From Diplonema japonicum (lineage: Eukaryota; Protista; Euglenozoa: Diplonemea): a stretch of DNA of 64,000 nt. Location: contig OZ025739.1 of NCBI GenBank assembly GCA_964019335.1, positions 310,001-374,000 on the forward strand, read 5' to 3'. The notes under the pieces are model-generated. The model was not told where the DNA came from. It made no database searches and saw nothing but the letters and a program-made list of their open reading frames with translations. The position numbers and the translations under genes were made by a program. Below are positions 47,594 through 61,352 of the stretch, piece after piece. Within the stretch, counting starts at the first letter, position 1. Every line of letters begins with the position of its first letter.

Positions 47594-48110
47594 GTTTTAT
47601 AACTAGAAGGGCCGATGACGTCCCTCTAGTGAGAGAGAAGGAGGAAGAAAAAAAGGGGGGGTATTTTAAAAAAAAAAAAGGAAGAAGAAAAGTAACATGG
47701 TATTGACTATTGTTTTCATCCCCTCCTCCCCCACCCCCTAAGTTAACCTCTTTTTTTTTTTTCCTATCCCTTTTTTCTTCACATGTTTTTCTTTCTTTCT
47801 TTTCCCTCTAATTGTTTCTTTTTTTTTTTTTACCATTAATTTTCTTATTCATTTTCTTATTCATCTCGTAGCCCCTTTTACCAATTGATTATTTTCCTGC
47901 ATAAAACCATCACACAGGAAACTGTTGCCGGTGAGGGGCAAGGGGGTCCTGGGGGGGTTGGGGGGTGGAGTAGAAAAGGGCTCGCTGTAAATCTTGAGAT
48001 ATTCATTTCTCTTCTTTTACTCACCGTTTCAACCCCCCTCTTTTTTTTTTGTTTCACCTCTTTTTTTTAAAAAAAAAACTCTGGTGTTCGGGGTATTCCT
48101 CCCGGGCACA

Positions 48111-51100
48111 ATGATGATCGCACCGTTGTCTTACAGTGTGCAGGTGTTGCTTGTGTTACTGACGTTGATTGGGCCAAGATGCCAAGGACAAGGGGGAAAG
48201 AAAGACGAAGTAGTTAGTTTCACACCAAGCAAACTGGTGTTTCCGGCAACTGAAGTGTGCAAAGCAAAGAAGGAGATTGTACGGCTAACGGGTGAACAAG
48301 GGAAGTCTGTTGAGATCCAGGACATTATGTCCAGTTCGCCTTTCCATGTTGAATTCACGTATGGCTCTTCATCTTTCGCGGTGTCCTTCTGCCCTAAGGA
48401 GCCCTCTGATGCCGCATCCACCATTACCATCGAGACCGCGGACGGGTGGCATACCTACAGTGTCGAAGGTCTTGGTATCCCGTCTGCCTACCGCGTGCAG
48501 CCCATCATCAACAACATCATCCCAACGGGCGCCACTCTCAAGAAGACTCTCACCCTGTACAACCCCATCCAGGGACGCGATATCAACATCATCAACTGCA
48601 CCACTGACAGTCTCTTCGTTGTTCTCAACCACTCCGCTTCGCACCAATGGGTCTTGTCGCCTTATCAGCAGAAGCCCATCGTCTCTGTATCCATCCTGCC
48701 CATCTTCCCCGGCCTGCTAGAAGGTGTTGTCTCCATTGCTATGGAAGTGGGTGACGATGTCGAGATCTTGCAGGTCCCTGTCGAGTACACGTCAGCAGAG
48801 CCTGGTGTGTTCCCCACAAAGACAAGCATCTCCTTCGGCACTGTGACGACGGTGGGAGTAGGCATCGAGAGGAAGGTGTCCTTGCTGAACACCGGACAGC
48901 ACGCTACCATTGAGCACATAGAAGTCGTTCCCGACGAGGAGGGCGGGCCTCTTGTGGAGCTGGAGGTGCTAAACAAGGTTCTTGTGCCACACAAGACAAC
49001 GGATGTGGGGATACTGCTGTTCAAATCTTCGAAGGAAGGTGAGTTTCGGGGCAAGGTGTGGATCACATTTGCCTCTGAGGAGGCACAAGACGTCGAGGTG
49101 CGGTACTCCGGGAAGGTGGTGCCGGGACACTTGTCGTACAACGCAAACGCGACGCTGTTCTTATCCACAGGTGCTGATGCACAACCTGTGAAGCCGTTGT
49201 ACATCACAAATAACTTTGGTGTCCCTGTCCTTATCAAGGAGGCTTTGGTCACCTCGGGGTACTTCCAGGTTATGTCCAAGGTAGGCAGGTTGGTGGTCCA
49301 ACCCCAGCAGACCGTCAAGGTTCTGTCCCTAAAGTACATCTCCAAGCAGCCCTTGTTCGTGTGTGGCAACCTCACGCTGTTCACAAACGTGACCTCCTTG
49401 GTGGTCCCTTTACAGTCCTACCATGGAAAAGTCTCCATCACTACCAGTCCTATCACACAACAAGACATCCAAGTCAGTGCACTCAAGGCATTCAGTCCGC
49501 CCACTATCAATCTGGGCCTCGTTTCTATCCCCGACAAGAAGGCCCTTTCACTCCACATATCAAATCCCAACCCCATACCCCTCACCCTCAAGTCCATCAA
49601 GGAGGACAAGGGTCTTAAGCTGAAATCACCAAAACCGACTGGCCAGCACGTGCTGCAGCCTAAGGAGACGAAGGTCGTAAATGCGAGCCTAGAAATAGAT
49701 ACTGTCGGTGCGGGAAGTGCTCTGCTGAACGTCAAGACACAGTACCAAGACATCCAAGTAGACGTGATCTACAAGGCTATGGAGGGCAGTGCCACTTTTG
49801 TGCTGCACAACACGGAAGATCCCATCACAGAAGATACGCCACTCAATATTGAGAACGTGCTGATGGCATCGCGATCGGAGGCACCCGTCTTCATCAACTC
49901 GACACATGACCAGCCGCTGCTTATAGAGAACGTGACCTCCAACGACAAGCGGGTGCAGATGTGGCTCTCCTCTTCTCACGTTGTGGTCCCGGCTGCGGTG
50001 ACTGAAGTAGGCCGCATTGTGGTGGTCCCCGACGCAGGGAACGGCTCGATAGCCAACAGGAGAAAAAGCCACTTGAGGCGGAAGACCCTGTGCACTGACG
50101 ACCTGGAGCAATACAAAGCCGTGCAGGCAGCGAATAGCGAGGCAGGCATGCAGCTCGATGCAGTTGTTTCCCTTGTAGTCACAGACGAGTCGCAGCAGTA
50201 CAAGAAGTCACTACCGCTGTACATTACAACGCACCCTCGTCGTGCCCAGATCCTCTCTTCTCCCACACTCAATTTCGGCAAATGGCCTGTTGGCAAGACA
50301 GCAGAGCAGTCCATAGTTATCACCAACCCCGGCACCTCCGACCTCCACATACAGCTCATGCGTTGGAGCGAAGTCCCCACGCCGCTAGTACACGCATTAA
50401 GCGGAACGCTCAACGTCACAACCGACGTAAGCAACGACGGTGACTTCACCATTCATCCCAACAGTGTCAGGCGTGTGACCATCGCTCCGGGAGAGCAGGT
50501 GACACTGGGCCCCATCGCCTTCAAAGCTTCTAAGATGGAGCAGGTCAGCTCCGTTTTGTTCGTGCGCAACAGCATCTCGGGTGTTGAAAGCCTTGTCCTG
50601 TCGGGAAGCGGTGGGAGGGGCCTGCTCATGCTGGATGGTGTGAAGGACGATGTTCCTAATGTACTGCAGCTCCGGACCACCAAAACAAACTTTGCTAAGT
50701 TTGATGTGCGGCCTATATTCGGCGAGGGTGCTGTACGGGGTGCGTTCGTTCCATGGACCTGCATCTTCTCGCTGATGCTGCACGGCATGCAGTGGCTAAA
50801 CACGACATACATGGTGCCTGAGCACTTCACACACTCGCGGCCCAACGCCATCAGCAAGTACTTCTCCGACCCTATCAAGTTCAAGAAGACATTTGAGTTC
50901 ACAAACCATGGGAATTACCATGTCAACATAACGAAGGCGAGGTTACTAGGGTCCAACGGGCTGCGCTCTTGCAACGTGAATGGGCTGAGCATTACAGGCT
51001 GCGAGTCGTTCACCTCGTTCGTGCCCCCTGGTGGACAGCTGTCCCTGACCATGACCTACACACCCGATTTCACAACTGACACAGTGACTGCGGTATTGTG

Positions 51101-53344
51101 GTTGGAGTCCTCTTACCAGAACGACATAGAGTTCCCAGTGCAGGGTTTCGTGCCGCGTGAGCAGGTCCTCTTGCATCACGACAACATCCCTCATACGGTG
51201 AATGAGACGCTGCTACGCGCGCTGACCCTTCTGTGCTGCATTGCGGTGGGAGCGTACCTGTCATATACAACGTCTAATGAGCTGTACTTTGGCAACGAGA
51301 AAGAGGAGCGCGTGCCTCCCGTGGTGGAAGCAGCCGGGGATACGCGGGGAGTTACACCAGGGGTCACACCTAGCCCTATTACGATACCCCCAACACCTAC
51401 ACCTACACCGCCTGCCACAGCGACTCCAACGCCCACGTCTTCTGTTCCTACACCTCCCGCCTCTACACCTCCGCGTCCGGTACTTCCGTCTTCTTTCAAC
51501 GGTATGGCAGGGATCACGATCCCCTCTGCGGAGACCGACGGCACTACCCCCACGTCCTCCGAGCAAGCCTCACCCGTCAACGACGACAGGCACGGCGGGT
51601 CCTTCAACAGCAAGGGCGACAGAAGTTCCACTACCTCTTCCACCGTTGAGAAGCCAGAGAAAGAGAGAAAGAAGCTGCGCAAAGAACGCAACAAAGCTAG
51701 CGAGGAGGCGACGCGGAAGCGGATCCATGAGAAGCTGCGAGTCGAACAAGAGGAACGGGAACGGGAACAGGCTCAGAGACAGAAGATTAAAATGGAAGAA
51801 GAAAAGAAGAAGAAGAAAAAAGAAGACGAAGAGCGCAAGAGGCAACAAAGGGCGCTTGCCGAAAAGCAAGAAGAACTGGAAAAGGAGCGTGAGCGAGAAA
51901 AGGAGAAGGAAAAGGAGCGTGAAAAGGAAAGAGAGAGGGAAAAAGAAAAGGAGAAAGAGAAGGAGAGAGAAAAGGAGAAAGAAAGAGAACGCAAGGAAAG
52001 GGAAAAGCTCAAACAAGAAAAACTCGAACGAGAGCGAAGGGAGAAGGAGAGGTTGGAAAAGGAAAGGGAGAGAAAGCTTAAAGAGAGGCACGAAAGAGAA
52101 GAAAAGGAGAAAAAACTACGCAAAGAGTGGGAAGCGAGGGAGAGGGAGAAGGAAAAGGGAAAAGAACGAGAGAGGAGGAAGCAACAAGAACTTGAGAAGG
52201 AAAGGGAGCTCGAGTGCCTGGAAAGGGAAAGGAGGGAACGTGAGTGGGAAAGGGAAAGGGAGAGGATGGAGTGGAAGAACCAGCACAAGCCGATGCATCA
52301 CCAAGGCTACCACCAGGGCAAGGGCATGCACCATTCGCACGGACACCACGGGCAGAGGGGCGCACCGCCTCCGCCCCCACTCACTGCGGCTCCTCCTCAG
52401 GAACAGGCACCCACGTACAAGTACCAGCAGCCCCCGACAACCACAGGGAGGCAGTTCCACCACACGCAGAACAATCATGTGAACCACAATCAGATGCATC
52501 ACCAGCAGCAACACCACCAGCATCAGCATCAGCAAAATCAGCACCAGCACCACTCCCACCACTCGAATCACCCCAACCACATCCAGCAGCAGCAGCAACA
52601 GCAACAGCACCACCATCATCACCAACAGCAGCAGCACCATCAACACCAGAACCCTGCAAACCACGGGCACAGCACAGGGCACGCTCAGTGGGGCCAGCCG
52701 TCCTTCTGGGAAGACAGCCATGCACACGTTCAGAACAACGGGCAGCGTGAGTACATGCAGAACCACTCGCAGCAGACAGGAGCGCAACAACAGCAACAAC
52801 AGCAGCAGCAGCAGCAGCAGCAGCAACAATCTGCGCCCCCGCCGCCGCCGTTGGTAAGATGCGGCTTTTCTTTGTTCGACTCCGGGACGCCTGACTTCCT
52901 TCAGGAGTTGGTATGACTCTTTATCATATTTGCTTCCTACACTAAACACAGCGCACTGCAGCCAGTGAGAAGGACAAGCACGCGACATGGCTTCCGAGTG
53001 CTGACGAGAGGGACATGTGGCAAGGGACAAGCGACGGGTGGTCGGGGAACCAGCTGCTGGACCTGAAGAGGGGGAGTCAGACTTGCGACACTGACGACGA
53101 GGCAGGGTCGTCGCTCTTTACAGCTGCCTTCCTCACACAGACCAGGCAGTCGAAGGAGTCACATGATGAACTCACTTTCTACGAGTTATTCAAGGTGTGC
53201 CCGTGACGCTCCAAAAGCCATTCAACACTACAGGACCAAGCCAACGCAAAGACCTCGCCCCTCATGGACCTTGTTGATGACGATGATGCCGCCCTCCCCC
53301 TCAACCTGGACAAGGTGCTCAGTGACATTGCTTGTGATGACTAG
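48111..53344 (+). CDS. TMEM131: TMEM131-like protein (tandem Ig-like/ASH domains, TM helix, charged and Q/H-rich tail); introns 52911-52951, 53195-53233
   Basis: Signal peptide; YSVEGLGIPSAYRVQP; repeated beta-sandwich units; CNVNGLSITGCESF...YTPDFT motif; TM helix; (EKER)n region and poly-Q/H tail. Confidence 0.8.
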
Positions 53345-53812
53345 GCTGGAGGACCTTTGATTGCTTTTTTTTTTTCTCCCGCTTTTTCTTTTCAGTTCTC
53401 AGTTCTTTTCTCTTTTTTTTTTTTTTTTGAGGGAAATGGAACGAAGAAAAAGAAACCAAGAACGGAAAAAAACAACAAAAAATAATACCCCATAGTACAA
53501 AAAGAGAGTGTTTTTAAACTCTTCCTTTTTTTGTCCAGCGGTAACAAAAAAAAAAAAGAAAAAAAGAAAAAGCATAAAACGAAAGAATCCCTGTCCTAGT
53601 TCTCATATCCCTTCTTTATTTTTTTGTTGCTTGTAAGGGCTGGTTCCGTTGATGTGCCAACCTCAGGTTTAATAACCTCCTGCGCCCCATATTTTTGTTT
53701 ACCCCCTTTTTTCTTTTTGGTTTAACTGTTTTTAAGGGAGGAAAAAAAAAGGTGCGAGAGAAAATAATGAAGAAAAAACCCGCGTTTTTGTGTTTTGTGG
53801 TTAACTTTAATG

Positions 53813-53858
<46 letters not shown>

Positions 53859-53937
53859 GTTTCCTTACTTGTCTCCAACTTGCGGCATGCCGGAGGTTGC
53901 AGCATGAAACGAAGAAGAAATAGAATTTTTCTTTGAT

Positions 53938-53971
<34 letters not shown>

Positions 53972-53974
<3 letters not shown>

Positions 53975-54648
53975 GGTGCAGAAGTACCTGCTGGAGGTAG
54001 TCACGCGGAGGGATGCAGCGGTGGATGCGAACCGCGCACTGCAGACACAAGCTTACCCGTGGCGGGCGGTCGTGACGGGGAGGGCGCACCCGACGCCGAC
54101 GGTGTCTGAACTACGAAGGCTGGGAGCGTCAGGAACAGTGATGGACAAGCTGCTGAGGCCGGTGCTGAGATGGTTGGGAGGCCTGCTGTGGGATGACGCG
54201 CCTGGTCGGCACACGGCGGTGACGACGTTAGAGCTGGCCCTCGACTTCGAGAGGGAGATGGAGCTGCCGCTGGACGACGGCGGGGAAGTGGGCAAGGTGG
54301 AGGACCTGGGCGTCAAGGCAAGGAGGCTACGGTATGTGCTGAGACGAGTCCAGGACCTGTACCACGCTGATGGCAGAGGGGTAGCGTTCCCAGCGGCGCG
54401 AGTGGAGCGCGTCAACTCCCTACGCTGTATCGGAGGACCGACCACACACGGGTATGACAGGAGGCCAGTACTCCCGGAACGAACCATGAGTAGCATCGAA
54501 GGCTTGCGGGACAGGTACCTGCGCAGACACCGACAAGGCTGCCCCGCAGTATGACCACCGCAGTAGGAACCCGCCAGAGCCCCCAGAACGGGGAGAACGG
54601 GGACTAAGCGCAGCTCGGCCGGTGAGCGCAAAAACGCATACCTTAAAA
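53972..54648 (+). mobile_element. 5'-truncated retroelement 3' fragment homologous to 8698-9587
   Basis: PVLRWLGGLLW...VTTLELALDF...FPAARVERVNSLRCIG...GYDRRPVL aligns with HVIRWLSALHW...VSRLELAVDF...IPAASVDSVHSLRTLG...GYSSRPVF. Starts abruptly after a T-run with no ATG. A GC-rich 3' UTR ends CATACCTTAAAA. Confidence 0.6.
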
Positions 54649-55443
54649 GAATAGTTTTTTTTTTTTGTTTTTTTCATGATTCCCCCCGCACCTTTTTTTT
54701 TTTTTAAAGTAAACAAATTACCCTCATTCGCGCGGCAACAAAACAAACTTTTATTATCCCCTCTCCAACCTCAATTTTTATTGATTTAACTCTCCTACGT
54801 CTCAGGTAGTTTTTTGTTCTAAAGAAAAGAGAGGGGTGGGGGGGGGGGGGGGTACGGGTGAAGTAAGCTATTCCAACAACGTAATACATTTGAATCAGAA
54901 AAGACCCGGTTTTTCTTTTGCACAGGTTTCACCTCAAAACACCTCTGAAAAACACCTCTGAAGACTCATCAATAATTGGTGCTTTTTGAGCTTAAGTTTG
55001 TCTCAGATTAACCCGCAGGAAGATTATTAAGCACAGAAAAAAAAGAGAAAAAAAGAGGGGGAAACAAAAAAGCGATCATTCAAAAAAAAGGGGGGGGGGG
55101 GGGGGGGGGGCAAACCTTGAACTTTTTCTCTCCTTCTTTTTTTTTTCCCCCTTTTTTTTCTTTTGGATTTTCCCCGTCTTCACCCCACCCCTCCCTCTTT
55201 TTTTTATTACTTTATTCTGTTGTTGTGTTTTATAAAAAAAGGGGGGGGGGGGAGGAGGGGCGAAAAAAAGTAACATTGGTGTTTTTTTTTTGATCTTATT
55301 TCTTTTTTTTTCTTCTTTTTCTGTCAAAGTCTATTTTTTTTGTTTTTTTTTCCCGTTTTCGCGCGTTCTTCCCCCCCCAAAAAAAATCTTAAAAGAAAAC
55401 TACCGGGGGAAAAATAAAAAAAAAATAACAAAAAAAAAAAGAA

Positions 55444-58278
55444 ATGTTGGAGACCGCACAGCCGATGTCTCCGACGCAGACGCTGGCAGGAGAGTACAAT
55501 CCAGCATTAGAGGAGGTGATGAAGAAAGTACGGTTGTACTGTTTGCAACAAAGAGTACGAATTGACCTGTATCTACACGATTTCGACAAAACAAGGAGCG
55601 GTGTGGTGACAAGGGCGCAGTTCCAGCGGGCCCTGCACATGTCAGGACTGACGAATGTAATCTCCGAGAGGGAGTATGACGTGCTGTTCTCAAACTTCCT
55701 CAGCAACAGAGACGTGACTTGCGTTAACTACGCAGCTTTTGTCGAGGCAGTCGATGAGGTCTTCACCAAGAAGAGGCTTGAGAAGCAACCAGGTGCTGTT
55801 GCAACTGCACACATAGCGTCTCACGTCCTGCATCAGCCCACCACCCTCCTCTCCCCTGAAGAAGAGAACGTCCTTGGAAGGCTTCAGACACGATTTGTCG
55901 CGGAAACGCGTGCTCTTGGTATAGTCCTGAAGACATGTTTCGTCGATTTCGACAAGCACCGAAGTGGGAAGATCCCACCTACTCAGTTCGAGCGTGCCAT
56001 GCCCTTCAAGATGGACCCCTCGGAGCTTCGCCTCATCATCAGGAAGTACACAGCACCCAACAAGCACGTCGATTACCAGAAATGGATCAACGACATCAAC
56101 ATGGCGTCCGAGGGGCCGGCACCTGTTGCTGGTCCTATCGCCGTCCCCGAGCCACCCCGACAGGCTCAGTTCACCGCCGACTCGCTTATCGCTGAAATCC
56201 GTAAGCAGATCAAACAATCGCGGATCCGCATCAGCGAGTCCATGACAGACTATGACAAGCTCCGCTCCGGCATGATCACCCCACACCAGTTCAAAGCGTC
56301 GCTCGGTCGGTTCAAACTGCAGAGGCTTCCCTTGACAGATGCCGCGCTGGACCTGTTGTGCGAGAAGTACATGGTGACAGACCACCAGGGGTACCCCAAG
56401 ATATGCTACCAGCAGTTTGTCAACGAGATGGACGAGGTCTTCTCCACCAAGGGGATGGAGAAGGACCCCTCGAAGACCCTCACTTACAAGGCCAGCGATT
56501 TCAAGAACAACCCTCGCACCAAAGACCTGTCTTCTGAACAAGAAGAGCGTGTCCAGAACATTATGAACCGCATCAAGAACATCGTGCGCAGCAGACGTAT
56601 GCTGTTGAAGCCTGCCTTCCAAGACTTCGACAGAGCGACGAAAGGCCTGTACCAGACAAGGAGCACCAGCAAGAGGCGCTTCGAACGGGTACTGGCGTTG
56701 AACAACATCAATTTGACAGAGGAGGAGTATGCGTTGCTGGAGGAGAAGTACGAAGTACCCGGCGACAGTGACAACGTGAACTACGTGCTGTTCTGCCAGC
56801 ACCTCGAGGAGGAGGACAGCCAGGAAGGGCCCGCCAACTTCACGGCAATAGCACTGCCGCAGAAGAAGTACTTGCGCACAGGGAAAACAGGGGTGGAGTC
56901 GTTGGAAGAGGTGATGAGCGATATTCGGGCACAGGTGCTGACGCAGAGGATTCGCATCAAGGAGTTTCTCAGGGACTACGACAAGTTGAAGTCGGGGCTT
57001 ATTCTAAAAGAACAGTTTGCAGCGGGTCTGAACATGGCGAAGATCGAGCTCGATGAGAAAGAGCTGCAGTGCCTTGTCGGGGCGTACGGGTCGGAAAAGA
57101 GGAAGGGCGCCGTGAGGTGGACTGCATTCTGTGACGACGTTGACGAAGTGCACACCACGAAGAACTTAGAGTGCTCTCCCTCAAAAGTGAACCACACACA
57201 GCACCTTGTGACAAGCAAGATGTTTGGTGAACGCGCCCCTCGTGTTGATGGGCCTGTGATGAAGATATTAGAAAAGCTGCGGGAAGCGGTGCGCACAAGA
57301 GGCATCCTGCTGCCGCCCTTCTTCAAAGATTTCGATGTTCGAAACACAGGACAGATCACAGCAAACAGATTGGGCCAGGCGCTGACCCGGCATGGGTTTG
57401 GCCTGTCGCCGCAAGAAGTAGAGACCATAGTGCAAGCATACGCAGACCCTAGGACTCGTGACGTTTGCTACAGGAAACTGGTATGTACACCGCACACCAC
57501 GTATTCTCACAGATTAACGACATCGATGAGACGGAAAAAATGCCCGTGCTGGCATCCACTATGAGCGACGCGCCTACACAAGGGCTGCCCATAGGATATG
57601 GGTTCACACACCCACAGCCTTTGTGCGATATCGAAGAGCTGCTGGAGGAGATCAGGTCCAAGGTGGCGAAGGGCAGCATCAGGATAAAGGATTTCTTCGT
57701 CGATGCAGATAAACTAAGAAAGGGTTCTGTCCCGAAGAGCAAGTTCCGCACTGGGCTAGACGTCGGGGGCATCAGGCTTGATGAGAGGAAGCTGTGCATG
57801 TTGGAAGAGAGGTTTGTGAGCGCGTCGGGTGAGGGCGTGGACTACGTGGCATTCTCTGCAGAGGTGTCGCCTGACACGCAAGACAGGGACCTTGAGAAAA
57901 ACCCTAACAAGAGCAGGACCATGTATAAACCCAGCAGTTCACACCCTTTGAAGTCTATGTTGCGGAGGTCGGCCGACCCGAGCAATGAAGCACTCGTTGA
58001 GGCCATCCTGCATAAGCTCCGCACGCTGACTACCACTCGCAGAATTCTCCTGAAGCCTGTGTTCCTTGATTTTGACAAGATAAGGAAGGGGCATGTGTCA
58101 CCGTATCAATTCGCAGCCGCGTTGGACAGGCTTCAACTAAAGCTGCTACCCGAAGAGTGCCAGAAGATTATTGAAAATTATGAGGTATGCTCCCCGCAAC
58201 CCCAGCCACCACAACACGTAGACCGTCAACGGTGATGTGAACTACACTGAGTTCTGCGCGGCGATCGACCCCCAGTGA
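55444..58278 (+). CDS. Multi-EF-hand repeat protein (EFCAB6-like architecture); introns 57481-57512, 58185-58221
   Basis: Repeated units of the form R(I/V)RIxxFxxDFDKxRSGxITxxQF...VxYxxF. Splicing gives 921 aa ending DVNYTEFCAAIDPQ*. Confidence 0.85.
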
Positions 58279-58423
58279 TGCAGAAGTCCGAATTATTTTC
58301 CCCCTTTTGTGAATATACCGTGCCGTTGGTTTGCCATCTGGCCACCATGCTGATTTCTTATTATTTTTATGAATAGCCAATGCAAAGCCTACAGCGACAC
58401 GTTCACGAACGTGTCACGGGTAG

Positions 58424-59338
58424 ATGGATAAATATGAGCGAGTAGCGAAGCTTGGTGAAGGAGGGCAGGGTAAGGTATACAAGGTGAGGAGCAAGACCAG
58501 TGGGAGAGAGTTGGTATGCAAGATGATTTTGTGCGTTGATCAGGAGACGGTGGAGCTTGCCACAAAGGAGGCAGAGGTGATGGGATGGCTGAAGCACCAG
58601 AACATCATACAGTACGAGGGTACCTTTTTGCATCAGGGAAAAGCAGGACTGTACTTGTGCCTCATTATGGAGTACTGTTCAAGGGGAGATCTGCACACCA
58701 AGATGCGGGAGTACAAGCACAACAAAGAGGTCTTCAAAGAGAAACAGGCCATCCGTTACCTCCGTCAGATTCTCACAGCATTAGAATTCATGCACAAGAG
58801 CGGATTCTGTCACAGAGACATCAAAGCTGCCAATATCTTGTTTGACAGCAACGGGTCCCTTAAAGTGGGTGACTTCGGTCTCTCCACGTTAATGAGCCCC
58901 ATGGGTCAGCAGACAGTCGTGGGCACACCTTTCTACTTTGCTCCCGAGATCATGCTCCAGAGGAAGTACACAACGAAGGTAGACATGTGGAACTTGGGTG
59001 TTGTCTTCTTGGAGCTGTGCACCCTTAGGCAGCGCCCAGCCAACGTCGAAGTGCTTCACAACGAATCCTCTGTCTTGGAGGACATCCACAAAGAGGTTGT
59101 GAGGCACGGTTACAGCAGGTCTCTCGCCACCATCATTACACAGTTGCTAAGGAGGAGGCCGCAGGATCGACCGTCTTCTAGTGACGTGTTAAAGCAGGTG
59201 AACCAGATATGGGGCGACGGTGGCGAGCCAGTAAAGGCACAGCAAAGGCACCCAACGCCAACTAGACAGCAGCAACTGAGGCACCAGCAGCAACAACAAC
59301 AACAGCAGCAACAACAGCAGCAACAACAGCAACAACAG

Positions 59339-59395
<57 letters not shown>

Positions 59396-60285
59396 TTGCA
59401 ATATCAGCAGCAAGCGGCACAGGGAAGACAGCAAGTGCGCAATCCTACCCCGCCAAGAAGAGCGGCAACACCCCCCAGGAAGCCCCATGCACAGACCCAC
59501 GCACAGAGCTCCGTTCCTGCACATGTTCAAACGCACCAGCACAATGAACCCCAGAGAGTCTTCAGGCAAGCTGTCGCTCCTGCTGCCGCGCAGTCGCCAC
59601 AGCAGCCGCAGACGCCTACGACTGTGACGCACAGCTGGACGCCTCCCACCAGTCAGGGCAGCACCAACCCTGGAAGCAGGGGTGCACCAGGGTCCAACTA
59701 CACAAGTTCGAACGGACTAACATCCAGTGTGACAAGCCAAACGCCGAATTACGCTCAAGCAGCCGCGCCACCGGCTGTGTTGGCCTCACCAAGAGGCCCG
59801 ACAGGGAGGCCGCCTGTGCCTACACAGACACCCACGCCCGTATTGCAGCCTCTGCATGCTTGCAGGTCACCGTCGCCAGCTAGGTTGAACGCTGAGGGTG
59901 CACTGACGCCAAGAGGAGCGCCGGGCACGCCAAGGGGGCAGGCCCCTGGGACACCAAGGGGGCAAGCGCCAGGAACGCCCAGGGGGCAGACACCCGGGAC
60001 TCCAAGGGGACAGGCACCAGGCACACCGCGTTCGCAGTCGCACGCGTCATCCGACGAGGCACACCAGGGTGTCGTGCAGAAGCTGCTGTCACTGGTGTTT
60101 ACCGATGTGCGCACAAAAGCTAGGCTGTTGGCATGCCACAGTAGACCGGAAGTGGTGACGCTGTGCTCCTCCGTCTCTGACGATACGTTGCTGGCTCAGG
60201 CCTTGGAGCAGTGGTTGTCCCTCAAGGTATGACACATCACACCACCACCACCACACTGTTGCAGGTCATCGACACCTCTTGCTGA
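58424..60285 (+). CDS. NEK-family Ser/Thr protein kinase with poly-Q and GTPRGQAP repeats; probable terminal intron 60227-60264
   Basis: MDKYERVAKLGEGGQG, IMEYCSRGDL, HRDIKAANIL, DFG and VGTPFYFAPE. Confidence 0.88.
59285..59396 (+). repeat. CAG/CAA poly-glutamine tract in the NEK kinase
   Basis: Directly visible mixed CAG/CAA run. Confidence 0.9.
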
Positions 60286-61352
60286 GGCACGATGGGTACG
60301 TTAGTATATGTTATAATTGTTGTATTTTTACCTCTCTTTTTTTTCTTTTTTTCTAGATTTCTTCCTCCTCCCCTTGTGTCAATCTATTTTCTTACTCCAT
60401 AACCCTCTCCCTACTGCAGCATTGTCAAAAGAAAACAACATACGGCCGTGCTAAGCGTGTATAGGGCAAGAGGGCAGCGAACCTGTGTGTTCCCTCTGCC
60501 CATTCCTTGTCCATTTGTACCCTTTCATTCTTTCCCCTTTTTTCTATAAAGGGTTTTTATATTTCTTGCCTCTTTTTCCGTAGTACCGAGAAAGCACAAC
60601 GACGAAGGGAAAGGAAGAGAAAAAAAAGTCACAAACACCCTGACTGGCCACCCTCTTTCCTTCTTTCTTTTTTTTTCTTCTTTCCGTTGCCCAATGTCAG
60701 AAAAGAAAAAAAAAAGAAAGAGGGGAAGAAAAGTTACCCAAGGGGGAGGATATGAGGAGAGATGATGAAAAGTAAGAGTTGTGCACTTTCTGTAATTTAG
60801 ATTTTCACCCCCTCCTTTTTCGCCCCCTCCCTCTTTTTTTTAGTTCACATTTTAACTTTCTTGTTTTCACATGTTGTATGAAGAACAAGGAAAGGGAAAA
60901 AAAGAAAAGAAAGGGAGTGAGCCCCACGTAGGTGCACATCGCATTTTCATTGTAATTTCCTCATTCCACCGCCCCTCATTCCACACTCCCCTCTTCTCTC
61001 TTCCCCTTAAACAGTTGTATTCGATATATATTCCCCCTCCCCCCTTCTCTCCCCTTTTGCATAGTAAGTTACAATTTTCTTTTTGGATAGCTATATACTC
61101 GCATTCGACCACCACACAGGGAACAGAATAAGAAAAGAAATACACATAAATAAAACGAGCAGGCGAAGAAGAAAAAGAAGGGAATAAAAAGAAGAAAACG
61201 ATACAAAAAGAAATGTTCTGAGTGCATTACTAACAAAATACAAATAAATAAATTAAAAAAGAAAAAGACATCATAAAACCATAACTTGCGCTTTCTCCCG
61301 CTCCCCCCTCCCTCGTTGTGTGATTTTGGAGAAGAAGAGGTTTTTAAAAAAT

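Noticed and set aside
54935-54962. Tandem AAAACACCTCTGAA duplication
   Set aside because: A simple two-unit local duplication with no further structure.
55690-56802. 370-aa minus-strand ORF, and similar antisense ORFs over DENN, MORN and TMEM131
   Set aside because: They are fully nested opposite well-supported genes and are expected from GC3-rich codon usage. They contain no motifs.
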